This document shows, piece by piece, positions 26,542-39,516 of a DNA stretch of 64,000 nt (positions are counted from its first letter, which is position 1; each line of letters opens with the position of its first letter). The translations under genes and the position numbers were made by a program. Origin of the DNA: Styela clava. Lineage: Eukaryota. The stretch covers positions 9,982,001 through 10,046,000 of the forward strand of contig NC_135257.1 in assembly GCF_964204865.1 (NCBI RefSeq), read 5' to 3'. Under the pieces are notes generated by a model, which was not told the origin of the DNA, ran no database searches, and worked only from the letters and a program-made list of their open reading frames with translations.

Positions 26542-27566
26542 AATTCACACAGATCTTGGACATGTTTATATATAGTCGAATTTTAGGAAATTATAGACTA
26601 TTTATTTATATATAGATTATATACACAGTTTTAAATAGAAATTAGTGGTGTATCAAAATATTCAATTTGGATTTCATCTAATCGTGTGTGTTCATTTCTC
26701 TCTTGTTCGAAGAATAATTAAGGATTTGCAGTCGATCATTAAATGAGCAGCACTTTTATAATATATTCTGGCTCATCTGGTGTTGAACAATTTAAAACAA
26801 AATTATTATCGTGGTCTTTAAGTCGACAAAGAAATAATGACTGCTGAATATATTAATTTCAAAATTGTTATTACATACGAATCAATGTAATAGTGGGTGC
26901 GAATCAGACATGGTGCTCACATGCAGTTGTCGGTCTAGCTATGGGAGAGTGAATTATAAAGCCACCGCTTCTGATATACCTTTCATAAGTTTGTAAAATA
27001 TAGGTTCGAACTCTTTCTTTATGACATCGATAGACTATAGTTACATTCACATTGTGCTGAAACCCCTTCCGTTATGGATAACTAACACTTTTCGCTTTGC
27101 GTGGGACTGTATTTTTTACACTTGCCGCGTACTCATCAATCGCAACATATATAATGATAATATGCGAGCGCACTCAATTCCATGACCAGGTTTTGTTGAC
27201 GCTGCTTATTTTTTCTTAAATGAACAGACAGTATATGTTTGGTGTACTGTTTGAAATGTTTACTATAATGTAGATATATATGAGTTCATTTTTGGACAGG
27301 CTGTCAATGGCAGAGTAGTGCGAATAACACGAATTTCATGGCTTTCAGGAATTTTCTGGCAGTTTCGCGTGAAGATCGTCTACTACAGGAATTCGCAGCT
27401 TATGCGAAATCCCCTGTCATTGATATATGAAAGAAACAGTTAAAATCAGCTAGTTACATTTTTACACTTTTACACATATGTGGAATTTGTACCACGATTA
27501 CTACATTTGATAATTATCCTGTAAAAGTATTCTAGATATTCTCTGAATCATTTAGTTTTGTGCAAT

Positions 27567-29655
27567 TTATTTGGTTCGTAAACAGTCGACTGACTCCGTA
27601 TTGATGAAAGTTGGAAAAACATCGCACCATTGTTTGATTCTCTTGGTTGATTCGTTAGTATGGATTATTTTTGCAATGTCTTTTTCCATCATTCCAAATG
27701 TTCCTCCTACGAAAACATTCAGTATATTAACTTAATTAAAGATAAACAATCGCACGTTTATATATTTATCTCCTAACAAAAATATAGAGGTTGGCACCTG
27801 TGTGGATGAATAAAATCCGCTTTCCTTTAAAGCGACCTGGATTGATCCTAAGCTCTGTTTTGAGACCTTTAAGAGCTTTTCCTACGTACACAGGATCACA
27901 GTATATTCCAGTTGTTCTTATAGTCGACTGATTAATTACTGCAAAAACAAACAAGGAATTATTACCCGCTATTCGCAAATTTGGATATATATATATATAT
28001 ATCAATCATTCAGCACAAGTGACACGAGAATAAATAATTTTTGCTCCTTGTCTTTGGATTCAATTTAGTGTCACAAAAGAAGAAAAATCAGGTTGTCTGT
28101 GCACTTACTAACATCCTCCTTCGTGTAGACATTGTATCCTCCGCCGATATAACCGTCAATGATATCAAAAAGATCTTTGGATTTAACATCTAAACCGAAA
28201 CGACACAATGTCTTGTCCATTTTGTCTTGAACTAATTCTATGGTGCTTGAAGTCAGGACGGGGTGAATCCTATAAAAAAATCATTTATTTGAAAGAAAAT
28301 ATAAACAGCTCAAATGGTTCAAAATGATTCGAAAAATATATCATCTGTACAACAACTAATTTCCAGAAACAAAAGTATATACTTTGTCGGTGAAAGTGCA
28401 TTGTCTTCTGTTTTTCCCCTTGCGTCAAATACAAATACAATTAACAACGAACAGAATATATATCGTTACTTTTATTTTGAATGTCAAAAAGACTGTCAAT
28501 CTTATAATACTGTCATATAAATATAAAAGAACAACTACCAAACGACTTGAAAACGTGTTTACGTAATTACTTGAGTTTACTTCCGGTAAGATAGTTTCCG
28601 ATTCCAAGACCAATAGCAGTCCCCGAAGTTCCATTGGCAAAAACAATATCGTCATAACGTTCGTGAACTTTCTGTTTCATCAATTCTTCCCAAGCGCTGA
28701 TGTAACCAAATATGGCGAGCTCGTTGTCGCCCCCACATGGAATATGATACGGTATACTTTTGGTAGTCTCTCTGAATAAAGAATTTACATAAGTAATCAC
28801 GAAGTTAGCTATAAATAGTTTCGTTAAATAATTGCTTTCAAATTTCCAGTATTCAAGCGATCACTTTAATTTGTTTTTGACTCGTGAAATTTTCTTTAAT
28901 TAAAAATTTTACGAATTTTGAAAACTTGCATTACCCAAGGAATTTTTTGCCAAATGGATCGTAGCGAGGCAATCGTGCACATGTATGTTGTTCTCTCTTG
29001 TATTCAATATTTTATTCAATGACTTAATATGTTTAGCGTATATCGTAAGTAGAATAAGCCATAATGTACTTGGTAAAATATCGTCGTTTAACTAACTGAA
29101 ATACTAACATTTATAAACAATATTTTTTTCTACATTACCCGATATATTTTGCCAAGTGCTTAATGTAATTTTCAAATGTCTCTGTCGTGAACGGTTGCCA
29201 TGGTAAAATGTATATAATCGGACTACCAGCTTCCATCATTATAAAATTTCCTGATGTACTGTATGACTCGCCGATCTACATTCCAGAGGTATTATATGAT
29301 AGAAACAAGCTTTATGCTATTATCTCATTATTTAACAAAATAGGGAAGTGGTGAGGACATGTAAGCATACAATGAAGCAGATTACGTTTGACTAATTTTT
29401 TAATTCTATAATCAGGTAATCAGCAATTACGTAGAACTAGATCGGTGTATTACTGTGTAATTAATGCAATAAGTTAATTCAAATTCGAATTCTCACTTCT
29501 TCCCTTGAACGAAGTACTAGATGACAGTCGAGACCCAATTGTCTAGCAGCGACAAGGGTAGCACGAGAATGATTAGATTGTGTTGTACCACCTGTTATCA
29601 CAGATTTGTAACCTTTGACCATCGCATCAGCAAGAAGAAACTCAAGCTTTCTAAC
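27567..29655 (-). pseudogene. 5'-truncated D-cysteine desulfhydrase-family copy 2 (exons 3-8 only, intact frame)
   Basis: As for copy 1. Truncated at the junction 30102/30103. Confidence 0.85.
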
Positions 29656-30102
29656 CTGATAATTAGAATGGATGATTCGAACTGCAGGAAATATTAAGAG
29701 GTGTTACTTGCACTCTACCATATTTTAATCTATTGAATATGAGTTTTGTTACAAGCTGTATTAATTCCATCCTGAGGTGTTTTTCAAGCGAGACGTTAAC
29801 ATAATATACAAACTTTTATTACTTTTATTCAACTCTTGTCATTGCAGGAGGGAAATGGTATTTTGTAAGTCCCACATTATTTTAACTAATTTGGTACGCG
29901 AGCGCCAAAAAAATAATTTTAGTTCCTTAAAGAAAGCAGATGTAATTTCCATGGCATCTGTACATGATATTTGGCCTAGTGGTTAAAGCGCTGGGCCTAA
30001 CTAGGCACCGCAGGATTAAATCCTATGCCCACTACCTCACTCAGGGTATGATAAATTGGGTAGGCAATGTCAATCGAAATATTCTGGTTCTTCCAAAAAT
30101 AG

Positions 30103-33100
30103 ACGACTTTAATTTTGCCCACAACCGAATGCGAAGCGAAAGTAAATAAACCCTATAATATATCATTATTCCAAAATGAAAATAATACACCCCGAAAACG
30201 TAATATAACTTTTAAATTTTCACTAACATTATTAAGGAGATTTCGACAACACCATTTGGGATTTTTCAAGACAAATAAATCATTTTTTGTTCTTATTGTA
30301 TCTTAGTGTTTTGTATATTTTTTAGCCTCTAGCTCCCGGAATGGTTTGAATGCTATTTATAGTGAACAATGCACATGTATTATGGCAACACTTCCTTCTA
30401 CTGACACACACTCCAATCCATTTGATTATGATATGATGGTATGATGGGATTTATATACAACGATTCTTATTTTTTGTAACTTGATGCCCAATAACTCTTT
30501 GGCACCAACTTATAGATCAGTTCAAACGGCATAATACTTTGATTAAATATTTTAATATAGTATGCTGCTTGGCAAATCGGAACCAGAAATTTATTTGCAA
30601 AATAGAGCCCTACTTTCTAAATGACGTTGCCATTGATCGTAATTTAGTCAAAGTCCTGATTTGTATCCAAACAAAGATCGATTTGCTCTATCATCGGCAT
30701 GCAATCTTGCAGAGACAAAAACAGTATGCATTAACTGCGCCTGCGTAGCCAAAGCACTGCATTAAGATCTAACTTTGCAACTAGATTTCCAAAACGGTCT
30801 GAAGCCGTTAATATTTTTTTTCTTAGTTTGTTATCCACTAATTGAATCAAGCTCGCTTATAGATTACGACGAGTCTGCACAACGGGTGTGTAAATAACTT
30901 CCGAGGCACTTCTTCTGTCACTCCTCTTGCTTCATCAGTTGCTACAATGGTACTTCAGGCGAAGTAAGTGGAAGAAATGTGTGTGCATGCATCTGACGAA
31001 ATGTCGTTAATTTGTCTCTCATCTTATGTTTCATTCACAGCCCTGCCTTGACATGGAGAGATGTTCAGCATTTGATAGCTCACACTGCATTAGTTGTTGA
31101 TCCTAACAATGACAACTGGCAAATTAATGGAGCCGGCTTTCATGTCCATACCTAGTGAGTATTTTTTATTTTTGTTGTTCCCGAATTGACCACGGAGAAC
31201 TTTCCGCTAGCACCACAGTCAAGGAAGTAAAAACATAATGGTGGACATTTCCACAATGTTGTATTGTTATTTGCTTTAGTTACGGATTTGGTGCGCTGAA
31301 TGCCCTTCACATAACAACAGCCGCCGAAACATGGATCAATGTCGACAAACAGAGGTTCTGCAAACTTCAACATCCGAAATCTCACAGGTAGTCTAATCCA
31401 AAAAATGTCAGCTAAGCTTAGATCAAACAAGTACTTATTCAGGAAAATTTTTAATACTCTTGCCCTCATGTATAGCAACCAGAATTGACTTCATGCTTTA
31501 TAGTAATCCAAATTAGATTTGAAAAAAGAAAAGAACACAACTATATTTATGCAACGCAACACACGACGTCATGTCATTGATGAGATTTCAATTATCAAAT
31601 TTTAATCTCTCTTAAAGTTTGGTGAACGTAATAATGCCAAAGTGGGGTCAGTTGATTGTAGTTTTGTGTTTAAATATACACAGTTTTTAAAAGCTATGCA
31701 GAGAAAACATCGCAAACAGCCACACTCAATATAACTCTAACCGTAGCCATTTACCCGTATTTCACTCATAAGAGTTTCCTGAATCATAGCAATTTTCTCT
31801 GCGGCGTCACTCACTGTTTAAAACTTGAGCGAGCTGATTCAATATGACTGTAGCTATATTCTATGTGACATAACTTATCTATCAAATAGGGTTATACCAA
31901 GTGGTGGAACATTGACGATCCAAGCACAGACAAATGGGTGTCAGGATACCGAAAATCAAGTTTTAAAGTTGGAACATGTTCAGGTGTGTTTCTAATTTGT
32001 TAGCGTAATATTCGTATATAAATAAAATCAATGAGTCCAACTGCCATTTTTATATTGCAGGTTGTTTTAAGCTACGATGTGAAGTGCAGAGGAGATATCA
32101 GCGTGCGAATAAAATCACCATGCGGAACAATATCCCAGGTACGCTATGAACTGACGAAATCAGTGTGCATATCTCTATCAGACCATGCTTGCGAGATTTG
32201 TTCCATTGGTGTTCAAACCCATATTTTTGTTCGCAGGACAGACAAATTTATTAAATTGCTCTGTAATGTGATACCAAATAACTTACAGCCATGATTGTAA
32301 TAGTAATGCTTCCAATTAAAAAAGCCATTTGTCAGTATTAGTAGTAAAGACGCATACTAAATTGCAATAGAAATGCAGTTATCTGACACGAACACGAGCA
32401 AATTAAAATTCTTGCCCTTCTTTATACTAACAAAGCCAAACCAACATAAAAACAAAACCCAATATTTCCATTGGAATAAGTGGTTTTAATATTCCTTATG
32501 CGCCAGTTTCTGTATTTGCATTGTTTGTAATTATAATTACTCCGCATTAATCTTCATATAAATATTGTCTTCATCTAAACCGTCGATATGAATATATTGT
32601 ATATATATATATAATAAACTACAAATATATTCAAAGCTTCATATCTGATGCTTATATTACAGTTAATGAACACCAGAAGACTTGATGATAAAACCCTCTT
32701 AATTGATTGGCCTTATATGTCAGTATTTCATTGGGGAGAAGATCCTAGAGGAACGTGGACTTTGGAGGTAAAAATTCATTTTACATAAATAACCGTAGCA
32801 TTTCATTAGTTGTTGTGTTTACATAAAATTGATGTTTTATTAAATGAATTCCGTGTTATGTATTTATTCTTTTTGTTTTGGCTGTGGTCAAATTAGGAAG
32901 TGGTATTAACATCATACACGCTGCATGGAGGAGAATAAAAATATGAACTGATTATTTAAAGCCTTATTCAGAGTAAACCTGCAAAACATTTCATAACAAT
33001 ATGTTTCAGATAACCGACAACAAAGGGACAGCTAGATGTACTCGTTACCAAAATGAAGATATGGCAGGGCATATGTGGAAGTATGAATTATTATTATGGG

Positions 33101-36100
33101 GAGTCAAGGAGCAAACAAGAAGGTACAAATAATTCTTTCTTGAAATTGTTCAATACCTAAAAGAGTGTATTCTAGGTACAGAATATGTAATACCATATAG
33201 TTCTCGAGTAAATTTAATGTGATTTAGTTCATGATACAATACACTGAATTTTGTGATATGAAAATTATGAAAATGTGTTTTTCTTTGTCGAACTGTTTTT
33301 GTATATATATATTGGCCCCATTTTTTAGAAATTTATCCTCACCGGTTTGTGATCGTAAGCAAGTACGAGATTATATGGAGAACAAAAATCCGCGAGATAA
33401 ACATTTTCTGCAGCTTATAAAAGGTGCGTTATTAATTTTTTTTATAGTGTATGAAAGTCTGCTCAAATTTTGCAACCTAATAAAATTGCCATATTGAAGC
33501 ATTCTATATCATCACGGGATATTAGGCCACATTTGGTATATAGGCGAACCATTTTCAAACGTAAAACAAGCCACGACGCAATTTCCTCATCTTATTTTCC
33601 GGGCACGTTTTTTATTATAGAGTTTCAACTCTCTTTGTATTACGTATAGCATTGTGAAAATTGATATCGAAACTTAACGATAAATCGCTTTATATATCCA
33701 TATTCAATTATATCCATTTCAATAAACAGCTGGAAAAGTGACAGACAAAAAGATCATTCGCCAAGAGTTTGTTGAAGATTTCAGCGAAGTTATTCAAACC
33801 AAAGATGAAAATTTATTGCAACCGCGCCCCCCCGGACCACCAAAAGTAATAATTTATTACTATGATGGTATTTCTGCAATTTTTAAATTAGTTTAATCTG
33901 TCTTAAAATCAGTCAGTTTATATCATTTTTTCGATTCTGTTGTCGACTATACTTTCCCAGTCACGGCAATGCAATTGAATAATACTGAAGTTATCCCAAA
34001 AGTATTATATGGCAAAATCACACGATGCCTTATCGAGTGCTTATACAATTACAAATGCGTTTACTGAATTTACTAACTATATTTATATAGATAGCACAAT
34101 ACCATAACATAACGTAGCATTCTCCACTCGCACTCAAAATGTGAAAGTACATTTTGCATTGATTCTTGGAACCCTTTTTTGAAATTGTTTGTATCTACGA
34201 GTCTTCACATATACAATAAAGATAAAATTGTACGTTGTATTGTTTCATATTAAAAAGATACAATAATTCGAATATTTCCCGCTTACTTATCCATAACGAG
34301 AACTGGTTTCGAGTACCAAAACACTAAAACTGAGCTTAACTTTTTCAGAGTAAACCGTATCAGACGCCTTTCCAGCGCGTTGCCATGAGTGTATGGAGAA
34401 AAACTTTCCATGGAACTGAAAGTAAATCGTTGGCACTTGCATCATATGCAGTTGATGGCGTTCAGCCTCACAAAGATCTCATTCAACAAAAGCATTTCGA
34501 AGTAGTGCGAAATAAAATAGCTGATTCTTTAATAGATGCCGCCCAAGTACAAAATGACGATGGAGAACGGATTATAAGAAGCGACCTGCATCACTATGCT
34601 AAAGCGTTAATCTCAGGGAGCAAGACAAACAAATTGTCGCTACCTACAAAGGAGGCAGCACTCATTTTTAAAAGACTCTCTCTGTTTTGGAATTAAAAGT
34701 CACACAGATCTTGGACATGTTTATATATAGTCGAATTTTAGGAAATTAAAGACTATTTATTTATATATAGATTATATACACAGTTTTTAAATAGAAATTA
34801 GTGGTGTATTAAAATATTCAATTTGGATTTCATCTAATCATGTGTGTTCATTTCTCTCTTGTTCGAAGAATTATTAAAAATTTGCAGTCGATCATTAAAT
34901 GAGCAGCACTTTTATAATATATTCTGGCTCATCACAATTATGTATCTTTGTGTGCCGCAATAATAATAGAATTCATCTGAATTGAGTCGTGTTATATAAT
35001 TTAAAACAAAATCATTATCTTGGTCTTTAAGTCGACAAAGAAATAAATGACTCTGAATATATTAACTTTAATATTGCTATTACATACGAATCAATGTAAT
35101 AGTGGTTGCAAATTAGACAGGGTGCTCACATATATAGTTGTCGGTCTAGCTATGGGAGAGTGAATTATAAAGCCACCGCTTCTGATATACCTTTCATAAG
35201 TTTGTAAAATATAGGTTCGAACTCTTTCTTTATGATGCTGTGACATCGATACGCTATAGTTACATTTACATTGTGCTGAAACCCCTTCCGTTATTGATTA
35301 CTAACACTTTTCGCTTTGCGTGGGTCTTTTTTACACTTGCCGCGTACTCATCAATCGCAACATATATAATGATAATATGCGAGCGCACTCAATTCCATGA
35401 CCAGGTTTTGTTGACGCTGCTTATTTTTCTTAAATGAACAGACAGTATATGTTTTGTGTACTGTTTGAAATGTTTACTATAATGTTGATATGAGTTCATT
35501 TTCGGACAGGCTGTCAATGACAGAGTAGTGCGAATAACACGATTTTCATGGCTTTTAGGAATTTTCTGACAGTTTCGCGTGAAGATCGTCTACTACAGGA
35601 ATTCGCAGCTTATGCGAAATCCCCTGTCATTGATATATGAAATAGTTAAAATCAACTAGTTACAATTTTACACTTTTACTCATATGTGGAACTTGTACCA
35701 CGATTACTACATTTGATAATTATCCTGTAAAAGTATTCTAGATATTCTCTGAATCATTTAGTTTTGTGCAATTTATTTGGTTCGTAAACAGTCGACTGAC
35801 TCCGTATTGATGAAAGTTGGGAAAACATCGCACCATTGTTTGATTCTCTTGGTTGATTCGTTAGTATGGATTATTTTTGCAATGTCTTTTTCCATCATTC
35901 CAAATGTTCCTCCTACGAAAATATTCAGTATATTAACTTAATTAAAGATAAACAATCGCACGTTTATATATTTCTCTCCTAACAAAAATATAGAGGTTGG
36001 CACCTGTGTGGATGAATAAAATCCGCTTCCCTTTGAAGCGACCTGGATTGATCCTGAGCTCTGTTTTGAGACCTTTAAGAGCTTTTCCTACGTACACGGG

Positions 36101-38290
36101 ATCACAGTATATTCCAGTTGTTCTTATAGTCGACTGATTAATTACTACAAAAACAAACAAGGAATTATGACCCGCTATTCGCAAATTTGGATATATATAT
36201 ATATCAATCACTCAGCGCAAATGACACGAGAATAAATATTTTTTGCTCCTCGTCTTCGAATTCAATTTAGTGTCACAAAAGAAGAAAAAATCAGGTTGTC
36301 TGTGTACTTACTAACATCTTCCTTCGTGTAGACATTGTATCCTCCGCCGATATAACCGTCAATGATATCAAAAAGATCTTTGGATTTAACATCTAAACCG
36401 AAACGACACAATGTCTTGTCCATTTTGTCTTGAACTAATTCTATGGTGCTTGAAGTCAGGACAGGATGAATCCTATAAAAAAATCATTTATTTGAAAGAA
36501 AATATAAACAGCTCAAATGGTTTGAAAAATATATCATCTGTACAACAACTAATTTCCAGAAACAAATGTATATACTTTGTCGATGAAAGCGCATGTCTTC
36601 TGTTTTTCCCCTTGCCTCAAATACAAATACAATTAACAACGAACAAAATGTATATATCGTTACTTTAATTTTGAATGTCGAAAAGACTGTCAATCTTATA
36701 ATACTGTCATATAAATATAAAAGAACAACTACCAAACGACTTGAAAACGTGTTTACGTAATTACTTGAGTTTACTTCCGGTAAGATAGTTTCCGATACCA
36801 AGACCAATAGCAGTCCCCGAAGTTCCATTGGCAAAAACAATATCGTCATAACGTTCGTGAACTTTCTGTTTCATCAATTCTTCCCAAGCGCTGATGTAAC
36901 CAAATATGGCGAGCTCGTTGTCGCCCCCACATGGAATATGATACGGTATACTTTTGGTAGTCTCTCTGAATGAAGAATTTACATAAGTAATCACGAAGTT
37001 AGCTATAAATATTTTTGTTGAATATTTGCTTTCATATTTCCAGTATTCAAGCGATCACTTTTATTTGTTTTTGACTCGTGAAATTTTTCTTTAATCAAAA
37101 ATTTTACGAATTTTGAAAACTTGCATTGTTTCATGAATTTTCTGCCAAATGGATCGTAGCGAGGCAATCGTGCACATGTATGTTGTTCTCTCTTGTATTC
37201 AATATTTTATTCAATGACTTAATATGTTTAGCGTATATCGTAAGTAGAATAAGCCATAATGTACTTGGTAAAATATCGTCGGTTAACTAACTGAGATACT
37301 AACATTTAGAAACAATATTTTTTTTCTACATTACCCGATATATTTTGCCAAGTGCTTAATGTAATTTTCAAATGTCTCTGTCGTGAACGGTTGCCATGGT
37401 AAAATGTATATATTCGGACTACCAGCTTCCATCATTATAAAATTTCCTGATGTACTGTATGACTCGCCGATCTACATTCCAGAGGTATTATATGATAGAA
37501 ACAAGCTTTATGCTATTATCTCGTTATTTAACAAAATAGGGAAGTGGTGAGGACATGTAAGCATACAATAAAGCAGATTACGTTTGACTAATTTTTTAAT
37601 TCTATAATCAGGTAATCAGCGATTACGTAGAACTAGATCGGTGTATTACTGTGTAATTAATGCAATAAGTTAATTCAAATTCGAATTCTCACTTCTTCCC
37701 TTGAACGAAGCACTAGATGACAGTCGAGACCCAATTGTCTAGCAGCGACAAGGGTAGCACGAGAATGATTAGATTGTGTTGTACCACCTGTTATCACAGA
37801 TTTGTAACCTTTGACCATCGCATCAGCAAGAAGAAACTCAAGCTTTCTAACCTGATAATAAGAATGGATGATTCGAACTGCAGGAAATATTAAAAGGTGT
37901 TACTTGCACCCTACCATATTTTAATCTATTGAATATGAGTTTTGTTACAAGCTGTATTAATTCCATCCTGAGGTGTTTTTCAAGCGAGACGTTAACATAA
38001 TATAAAAACTTTTATTACTTTTATTCAACTCTTGGCATTGCAGGAGGGAAACATTATTTGGTAAGTCCCACATTATTTCAACTAAATGGGTAATCGAGCG
38101 CCAAAAAAATTATTTTAGTTCCTTAAAAAAAGCAGATGTAATTTCCATGGTAACTGTACATGATATTCGGCCTATGCGCTGGGCCTAACTAGGCACCGCA
38201 GGATTAAATCCTATGCCCACTACCTCACTCAGGGTATGATAAATTGGGTAGGCAATGTCAATCGAAATATTCTGGTCCTTCCAAAAATAG
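30103..38290 (+). repeat. Tandem triplication, unit 3 (8188 bp)
   Basis: Ends CCAAAAATAG and continues into unique sequence (CTCATTAC...), which is the rest of desulfhydrase intron 2. Confidence 0.95.
30326..34696 (+). pseudogene. 5'-truncated convertase copy 3 (exons 11-21, intact frame and splice sites)
   Basis: Exon-by-exon match to 13723-18102, mostly with synonymous differences. Confidence 0.85.
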
Positions 38291-39516
38291 CTCATTACTT
38301 AGCAGTGCTTCTTTTGCGGAGTCTTGTTCGGGGAGAAAGACGCATTATATTATTATATGGAAATGTAGTTTGTGAGTAGTTCAAAACAAAAAATGTCACA
38401 ATTGAAGGGCGATTATGATTTCGTCTGATCGCCCCATTAATGTTAGATAAATTTTACCTTTAATTTTAATGGAAAATGCAAACTACACCAAATGGGATTT
38501 GATTTTCAAGAGTTTCCACGTTTCACAAAGGTTTGACAAAGAGAGGTAAAACTGTTCCTCTCAGCATGCAATAAAACTCTTAATGCGTTCCTACTAAAAT
38601 TGTGAGGCTTATCACCTTCTTGGTAACAACAAGAACATTTCGTCAAATAAAGCAAGTTCAAAATGGGTGACCATAAATTTGTATCACTTCCTGCACTACG
38701 GTACAGTTACGAATCTTACCGGTTCCGTGAATACAATAAAGAATTTTAGTGTAAATTATATCACGAAATTGTAGCAAACTCGGTCGATTATGTCATAAGA
38801 CATAATGTTGTAGGTGTATATAAAAGCAGCATATATACATGTTTCCGGAAATACATCGTAATGTTTGTATTTCAACGGTTTGCGGATTAATATACAGTTA
38901 TGTTGATCAAGTTCATAATGACGAGCAAGTCAACAATATACATCTGTAGCAGACGACAAAATTAATTAGTACGCTTAACGTACTTCAGTCACTTATTTAT
39001 TACCTCACGTGGACCAAGAAAAGGCACATAATTCGCCTTGTTTATCATTATAAGTTTGCTTAATTAGGACAATGCCACAAACCTCTAATACGCAAAAATG
39101 AAATTGCATATTTGCAACGAATAAAATATGATTAATCTCTCATATTGATACATTATTGCTATATTTTACTTTATAAATATTTCAATATTGTGGGTTAAGG
39201 CAAAATAAGTCAAAACTCAGTGTTAGTATTACCTTGCTTCCACTCAAAGAGCATCCTGTTAGATCATCTCGTTTTATATAAATCGTATAATCTTCTGGAA
39301 TTTCAGTAATATTCCACCGGTGGATTGGAGTCGGTTTCACCGCAAGCTGATAAACAACGAAAGATAAGTGATTAGCATCACGCGCAATGAAAATGTTATG
39401 CTTAGTAACATACTAACCGTAACTTGTCGTTTTGGTAGAATTTTCAAATCTCCGACCCAAGATGGTGCTGTATATTCAGATAGTTCATGGAATATATCTG
39501 AGGAATATGAAGACAT
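35773..39516 (-). CDS. D-cysteine desulfhydrase / ACC deaminase family PLP enzyme (fold type II), 8 exons, 383 aa
   Basis: Exons 39516-39418, 39346-39233, 37851-37693, 37471-37335, 36965-36765, 36472-36312, 36144-36004 and 35912-35773 (1152 nt, phases consistent). Motifs: [61 protein letters not shown]. Confidence 0.92.

Larger units (their letters stand above)
21714..30102 (+). repeat. Tandem triplication, unit 2 (8389 bp)
   Basis: Bounded on both sides by the identical junction CCAAAAATAG|ACGACTTT. Longer than the other units mainly because of a ~268-bp insertion. Confidence 0.95.

Noticed and set aside
13507-38290. Triplication as a pure haplotig mis-join
   Set aside because: A precise novel junction present twice, three distinct sequence versions and a unit-specific insertion argue for a real array. 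It cannot be fully excluded without reads.
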